DNA of 10,231 bases from NCBI GenBank assembly GCA_016177915.1, contig JACOUI010000248.1, positions 1-10,231 of the forward strand. Reading direction: 5' to 3'. This document shows, one piece after another, positions 6,536-10,231 of this stretch. Origin of the DNA: Planctomycetia bacterium. GTDB lineage: Bacteria > Planctomycetota > Planctomycetia > Pirellulales > S012-138. The notes beneath the pieces are model-generated. The model did no database searches, was not told the origin of the DNA, and was given only the letters and a program-made list of their open reading frames with translations. A program made the translations under genes and the position numbers. Each line of letters opens with the position of its first letter. Positions within the stretch are counted from its first letter, which is position 1.

Positions 6536-7762
6536 TTATATCAGGCGGTAGGAGGCGGCGAACATGGCGGAATAGAGTCCCAGGAAACAGGCGGCGACGG
6601 CGAAGACAAGGCAGCGGGCCCCAGTATCCAGCCGCAGCAGCAGCCAAGCCATCACGGGGTACACGGGAATCACCACCGCCGCGAAGCGGCCGAAGCCGGC
6701 CATTGCGTTTTCATGGCTGCGAGTGACGTAGGGAATCAGGAGCAGCAAGACCGCCGTCCACACCTCATAGTCCGTCAATTGGCGACGCACGGCGCCGATG
6801 ACGACCAGGACGGCGGCGCCGATGAAGAAAACCGGATTGGCGAACTGCAAGCTGAACAAGGGATTTTCGTGGCTGTCGAAACGCATCCAGTAGTCCGGGC
6901 GGGATGGGACGTAGACGGACCAGACCGGCTCCAGTGTGAGCAGCCGCCAAGCGCTTTCGAAGGGTCCCGCCAATTCGTCGTGGCGGATGCGCCACGTGCT
7001 CTGGGTCTTGACGAAGGCCAGGGCGTCGCCAAACTCGAACCACTGAAACGCCATGAACGCCGCCAGGCCCCAGCAGCAAAGGCCGATCGTGCCGAAACAG
7101 GACAGCGCGGCAAGGCTCAAGCGAAGCCCGCGCTGCGTGCGCGTCGCGCCGCTGCGATCCCAGTTGGACCAACCGCTGCGCGTCCTCCGCCAGGTGTAGA
7201 TTGCCAGCGGCACGACTAGCGCCACGCCAACGGGGCGCGTAGCCGTCGCCAGCCCGACGATAACGGCGACCACGACGGGCCGCCAGTGGCGGTGCATCCC
7301 CAGCAACGCCAGCGCGGTGACAAGGCAGAAGAGCGCCTCGCTGTACGCCATGCGCAGGAAGAACGTGGTAGGCAAAAGTCCAAAAGCCAGCAACGTCAAG
7401 TCGACCGCTTCGGGCGGTCCGCTTGCGCGTCGGGTCCGGGCGTAGCACGCCATGACCATAAATGCCCCCAGCAGGGCCAGATGCGATACGATGACGAGCG
7501 CGACGTCTGCCTTGCATCCAGTTGCTTGATGCAGGAAACGCGCCAGCAGCGGATAGGCTGGGAAAAACGCCACATTCGACGCCAACTTCGGATCATACTG
7601 ATACCCGTCGTCGACGATTCGCCGATACCAGCGGCCGTCCCAATTCGCGAGCCTTGCGACAGTCCCGAGCCCTGGATCGGTGTCGACGAGCAGTGAACTG
7701 CCGGCCAAGACGCCGACGACGACGATCACCGACGTGGCAAAATAATAGGACGCTCCCGTCAT
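6536..7762 (-). CDS. Integral-membrane GT-C-type glycosyltransferase, most similar to the PIG-V / GT76 mannosyltransferase family. It has at least 8 TM helices
   Basis: The motif NWDGRWYRRIVDDGYQYDPKLASNVAFFPAYPLL resembles the PIG-V signature WDAEHFLxIAEHGYxYEHxxAFFPGFPL. The protein is highly hydrophobic throughout. The start is assigned to MTGASYYFATSV... (ATG at 7762-7760), because the 63 extra N-terminal codons of listed ORF 6536..7951 read through MITE copy B. No clear SD precedes the start, so the start is uncertain. Confidence 0.6.
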   Translation of the reverse strand: MTGASYYFATSVIVVVGVLAGSSLLVDTDPGLGTVARLANWDGRWYRRIVDDGYQYDPKLASNVAFFPAYPLLARFLHQATGCKADVALVIVSHLALLGAFMVMACYARTRRASGPPEAVDLTLLAFGLLPTTFFLRMAYSEALFCLVTALALLGMHRHWRPVVVAVIVGLATATRPVGVALVVPLAIYTWRRTRSGWSNWDRSGATRTQRGLRLSLAALSCFGTIGLCCWGLAAFMAFQWFEFGDALAFVKTQSTWRIRHDELAGPFESAWRLLTLEPVWSVYVPSRPDYWMRFDSHENPLFSLQFANPVFFIGAAVLVVIGAVRRQLTDYEVWTAVLLLLIPYVTRSHENAMAGFGRFAAVVIPVYPVMAWLLLRLDTGARCLVFAVAACFLGLYSAMFAASYRLI

Positions 7763-7825
7763 GGCCGTCTGTGCGAGAAGGGAGCGTGTGGGCGCGGAGG
7801 GCGGCACGGAATTCCCTTGAGTTGC

Positions 7826-7920
7826 GAGCGAACGAAAAATAAGTGTCGTCTTTCGCTCCGCGAAAGAGCGTCCTTTCGCGGAGCGAAAGGCAACAATTCG
7901 GGAAGTTATTTTTCCGCCGC
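7826..7920. repeat. MITE-like element copy B (about 95 nt), inverted relative to copy A. It contains two inverted copies of the hairpin unit, CTTTCGCTCCGCGAAAG-agcgtc-CTTTCGCGGAGCGAAAG
   Basis: The left arm CGAACGAAAAATAAGTGTCGT and right arm GCAACAATTCGGGAAGTTATTTTTCCGCCGCT match the reverse complement of copy A. The termini form an imperfect TIR (CGAACGAAAAATA versus the reverse complement of TATTTTTCCGCCG). It lies between the secreted-protein stop (7997) and the GT start (7762). Confidence 0.75.
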
Positions 7921-7996
7921 TCCTTGGGGAGCTTTCGCTTCCGGTTCGCATTCCTGCTGCTCGGCGGAATGTGGCTCGACGGGAGTCGCCTTTCGA

Positions 7997-9112
7997 TCAA
8001 CGCATCCAACGGCGAAGTCCGTACAGGAAAGTGGCGGTCAAGGCCATGGCGACACAAAAGTACAAGGTCGCCGACGTGCTGCGGGCCAAAACGCGTCGCT
8101 GCGGATGAAGCCTTTGCGCCGCATCGATGGCAGCGTCCAGAGGGTCATCGATCCCTGCTCGATAGACCTGGGACCTGACGAGATCAGTGACCAATGTTCG
8201 CTGCGGAAAAGCGATTCGAAAGTCCTCCGGCTTGAACGGCTGCGACTTGTACGTGGCCTCGATCGTCACTCGCGTTGCCACGGTATTCCATTTGTCGGCC
8301 GGTCGATCCAAGGGGCAGAAGTAATCGCGTGTAATGTGTTGCGGCAACCAGAGGTTGGCGCCGACTTTCTGCCAACCCGTTGCAACCGTTCGGACGCGAA
8401 GCGGTTGATTTGGCCCGAACCGGACCTCGCGCTGGATAAGCGCGAAGTTCTTGCTGCAATCCACCCACAGCTTGTCCTTGCCCGGCGCCTCAACAACGTG
8501 ACAGAGGTGCTCATCAATCTTCTCTAAGGTGGGATGCACAAATGGCGCCTGTCCCTCAATGGAACGTGGAAGGTACAAATGGTCCTTCTCGTTCAGGGAG
8601 AATTCGTGGACGGGCCAGTACAAATGGCGGAACGCCAAATTTTCCGTGCTGTGCTTCTCCTGGATCGCAAGGATGTATCCAGTGCCGCCAGGCTCAAGGC
8701 GCATCGCAATGGCCCCGTCCCAAGTGATTTGTTCACCCTCGGAGAGGGGAGCCCCGTACGTACCCAGCGGTGGGAAGCGATACGCCTTGTACCTCCTGGA
8801 ACCGTCGATTCGGTAGTCGGCACTGATGCGCTCGTAACCGAGCTTTTTGTCGCCGAGCGAGACCTCGGCCTGATCGTTTTGGAGCGGTGGCGGCTTAATG
8901 CCGTTGACAATCTCCTCGGCCGCTTCGACGTGCATGGCAAGTTCGCGGATGTCGCTGAATCGGGTCGCCAAGCCGCGCAGGATCGCGTCCAAATCGTGCG
9001 TGGCGGCCGTTGACTGATCGGCAGCCCGCGCGCCTGAAACCACCGGCGCAAGAGTCAATGGCGCGAGCACGGCAAACGCCAGCGCGCCATAATGGACGAG
9101 ACTCCGGGCCAT
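7997..9112 (-). CDS. Secreted protein of unknown function with an N-terminal signal peptide and a C-terminal hydrophobic anchor
   Basis: 371-aa ORF. The ATG is at 9112-9110, with a strong GGAGG 9 nt upstream. The signal peptide is MARSLVHYGALAFAVLAPLTLAPVVSGARAADQ. The C-terminal TM is TSATLYFCVAMALTATFLYGL, followed by RRWMR. Third-position GC is high in this frame. I do not recognise a family. Confidence 0.7.
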   Translation of the reverse strand: MARSLVHYGALAFAVLAPLTLAPVVSGARAADQSTAATHDLDAILRGLATRFSDIRELAMHVEAAEEIVNGIKPPPLQNDQAEVSLGDKKLGYERISADYRIDGSRRYKAYRFPPLGTYGAPLSEGEQITWDGAIAMRLEPGGTGYILAIQEKHSTENLAFRHLYWPVHEFSLNEKDHLYLPRSIEGQAPFVHPTLEKIDEHLCHVVEAPGKDKLWVDCSKNFALIQREVRFGPNQPLRVRTVATGWQKVGANLWLPQHITRDYFCPLDRPADKWNTVATRVTIEATYKSQPFKPEDFRIAFPQRTLVTDLVRSQVYRAGIDDPLDAAIDAAQRLHPQRRVLARSTSATLYFCVAMALTATFLYGLRRWMR

Positions 9113-9169
9113 GTTGGCAATCCTCCAGCGTTTCTTGGGCGAACAGCGTCGGACGAAATGGCAGCCCGA

Positions 9170-9364
9170 CTAGGGCGGCGTTTCCGATCCGGCGAAGGCC
9201 GACGGGTCCGTCCCTGTGGTCGCGCACAGCGCTCGGACGGCGTGAGTAACGGGGGCGTAATGCAGGTCGAGGAGTTCGCCGGGCGCCTCATTCAACTGAT
9301 CGACCAAGGCTCGTGCAGCGTCTCGCACGACGTTGCGAGGCGGGCGAACGTCGCTCGGCGCCAC
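9170..9364 (-). CDS. Small ORF (64 aa). It could be the C-terminal remnant of an unknown gene or a small protein
   Basis: MAPSDVRPPRNVVRDAARALVDQLNEAPGELLDLHYAPVTHAVRALCATTGTDPSAFAGSETPP. GC3 is about 75 percent, which is coding-like, but the ORF is short, has no recognisable domain, and lies in a region containing other gene debris. Confidence 0.2.
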   Translation of the reverse strand: MAPSDVRPPRNVVRDAARALVDQLNEAPGELLDLHYAPVTHAVRALCATTGTDPSAFAGSETPP

Positions 9365-9383
9365 CGGGGTATTGGATCATATA

Positions 9384-9418
9384 GGAGCGCGGAGTGGGGA
9401 GTGCGGAGTGTGGAGTTG
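9384..9418. repeat. Five tandem heptamers GGAG(C/T)(G/T)N: GGAGCGC GGAGTGG GGAGTGC GGAGTGT GGAGTTG
   Basis: Seen directly in the sequence. This is an array of Shine-Dalgarno-like GGAG cores with a 7-nt period. Confidence 0.6.
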
Positions 9419-9503
9419 CCAGGAGGGGCTACGTCCCGCTTCTCGTCGTCTTCGGCTGGCGGCGAGGGCTGCTCAACCGATACGAATTGCTGACGCCGCC
9501 GGG

Positions 9504-9713
9504 TTGCTGCTCATCCCGTACCTCACCAAGAGCTACGACAACGCCATGGCCGGCTTCGGGCGGTTCGCGGCCGTCGTCGTGCCCGTGTATCCCGTCATGG
9601 GCTGGCTTTTGATGCGCATGCCCGCGGCGCTGCGCTGCGGTCTCCTGGCAATTTCGGGTTTCTTGCTGGGGGCCTACTCTGCGTTGTTTGCGGCGGGGTA
9701 TCGGTTCCTTTAG
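9504..9713 (+). pseudogene. Diverged duplicate of the last about 70 codons of the PIG-V-like glycosyltransferase gene, in inverted orientation. It is a gene remnant
   Basis: The C-terminus of ORF 9333..9713 is LLLIPYLTKSYDNAMAGFGRFAAVVVPVYPVMGWLLMRMPAALRCGLLAISGFLLGAYSALFAAGYRFL. The glycosyltransferase C-terminus is LLLLIPYVTRSHENAMAGFGRFAAVVIPVYPVMAWLLLRLDTGARCLVFAVAACFLGLYSAMFAASYRLI. Amino-acid identity is roughly 60-65 percent and nucleotide identity roughly 70 percent. The 57 codons upstream in the same ORF have no similarity. Confidence 0.65.
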
Positions 9714-9749
9714 ATTACGGGCACCGCGGACGACTTCCCCCGGTCGCCC

Positions 9750-9792
9750 GGTCCCCCCACCCCAACCCTCCCGCAAAGGGGGGAGGGGGCCA
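9750..9792. repeat. G/C-tract REP-like element, copy 2, inverted relative to copy 1. The minus strand reads CCCCCTCCCCCCTTTGCGGGAGGGTTGGGGTGGGGGG
   Basis: The reverse complement aligns with 4..47 at about 85 percent identity. It starts 7 nt downstream of the hisI TGA stop, on the hisI coding strand. The C-run followed by a G-run can form a strong hairpin. The GGGAGGGTTGGGGTGGGGGG stretch has four G-runs, which is a G-quadruplex motif. Confidence 0.65.
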
Positions 9793-9798
9793 GAGCGA

Positions 9799-10194
9799 TC
9801 ACTTCTTCGCGTAGACTTTGGCCGGATCGAAGACGCGCTCCGCCACGACCGCGAGGCCCTGCGCCGTCACCTGGCGGAAGAAGCAGCTCTTGTAGCCCTC
9901 GTGGCAGGCCGCGCCGCCGATCTGCTTGACCTTGAGCAGGATCGTGTCGGCGTCGCAATCGAGATATACGCCGCGGACCTCCTGGAAGTGGCCGCTCTCC
10001 TCGCCCTTCCGCCACAGCTTCTGGCGGCTGCGGCTGAAGTAAACGGCCCGGCCCGTGGCGACCGTCTCCGCGTAGCTCTCGGCGTTCATGTAGGCCAGCA
10101 TCAGCACCTCGCCGGTGTCGGCGTCCTGGGCGATGGCCGGCAAGAGGCCCTCGCCTTTCGTGAAATCGGGACCGCTCGTTGGGGCTTGAGTCAC
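9799..10194 (-). CDS. hisI: Phosphoribosyl-AMP cyclohydrolase (HisI, monofunctional)
   Basis: 131-aa [93 protein letters not shown] matches the HisI core (E. coli LMPVIVQHAVSGEVLMLGYMN...FFSRTKQRLWTKGETSG...DCDNDTLL...TCHKGTSSCF). The start is a GTG at 10194-10192, with GGAG 8 nt upstream. Confidence 0.9.
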   Translation of the reverse strand: MTQAPTSGPDFTKGEGLLPAIAQDADTGEVLMLAYMNAESYAETVATGRAVYFSRSRQKLWRKGEESGHFQEVRGVYLDCDADTILLKVKQIGGAACHEGYKSCFFRQVTAQGLAVVAERVFDPAKVYAKK

Positions 10195-10231
10195 GGGCTG
10201 CTCCAGGAAATCGGGGGACAGGAGTCGGGGG

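Noticed and set aside
5639-7517. ORFs 5639..6499(+), 6500..7219(+), 6765..7517(-) and 6057..6647(-)
   Set aside because: These are shadow frames of the DUF1080 and glycosyltransferase genes. They are Arg/Gly-rich with no recognisable domains.
472-7920. Possibility that the two MITE copies are CRISPR repeats
   Set aside because: There are only two copies. They are 7 kb apart, in inverted orientation, and of different length. There are no regularly spaced spacers.
7817-9051. ORFs 7817..8527(+), 8534..9013(+) and 8593..9051(-)
   Set aside because: These overlap the signal-peptide-bearing minus-strand gene 7997..9112, which has a strong SD and high GC3. They are opposite-strand or off-frame shadows.
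4-9792. Nested inverted repeats as termini of a composite transposon or genomic island
   Set aside because: There is no transposase, integrase or recombinase anywhere in the window. The enclosed genes are housekeeping-like (hisI, cbiX, floT). More parsimoniously these are dispersed REP/MITE copies whose orientation is inverted by chance. The inversion-potential note is kept in the findings only.
1-10231. tRNA, rRNA or other structured RNA genes
   Set aside because: No cloverleaf-compatible segments or rRNA-like conserved blocks were recognised by eye. The intergenic hairpins are better explained as REP/terminator elements.

Overview
This is a high-GC bacterial chromosomal segment. The content (DUF1080/3-keto-disaccharide-hydrolase gene, PIG-V-like glycosyltransferase, REP-like palindromes, Arg-rich shadow ORFs on every strand) suggests Planctomycetota or a similar lineage, but that is inference. 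Every gene I can support is on the minus strand except one large plus-strand membrane protein. Gene order with increasing coordinate: a partial cbiX-like chelatase gene (minus, running off the window start); a 660-aa zinc-ribbon multi-pass membrane protein (plus); a convergent nfeD-floT (NfeD/flotillin, YuaF-YuaG-type) operon (minus); a C-terminal remnant of a xanthine-dehydrogenase-family Mo-subunit gene (minus, frameshifted pseudogene); a DUF1080 secreted hydrolase (minus); a PIG-V/GT76-like integral-membrane glycosyltransferase (minus); a secreted protein with a C-terminal TM anchor (minus); a decayed inverted copy of the glycosyltransferase 3' end (plus); and hisI (minus). The most unusual content is non-coding. 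A 19-nt GC palindrome is fused directly to the TAG stop of three different minus-strand genes. A MITE-like element with a GAAAAATAA core occurs as two inverted copies. A G/C-tract element occurs as two inverted copies at the window edges, each just 3' of a gene. A perfect 25-bp hairpin sits in the nfeD-floT intercistronic spacer. I see no transposase, integrase, CRISPR array, tRNA or recognisable defence system; the candidate novelty here is the set of repeat families and gene remnants, not a protein system I can name.
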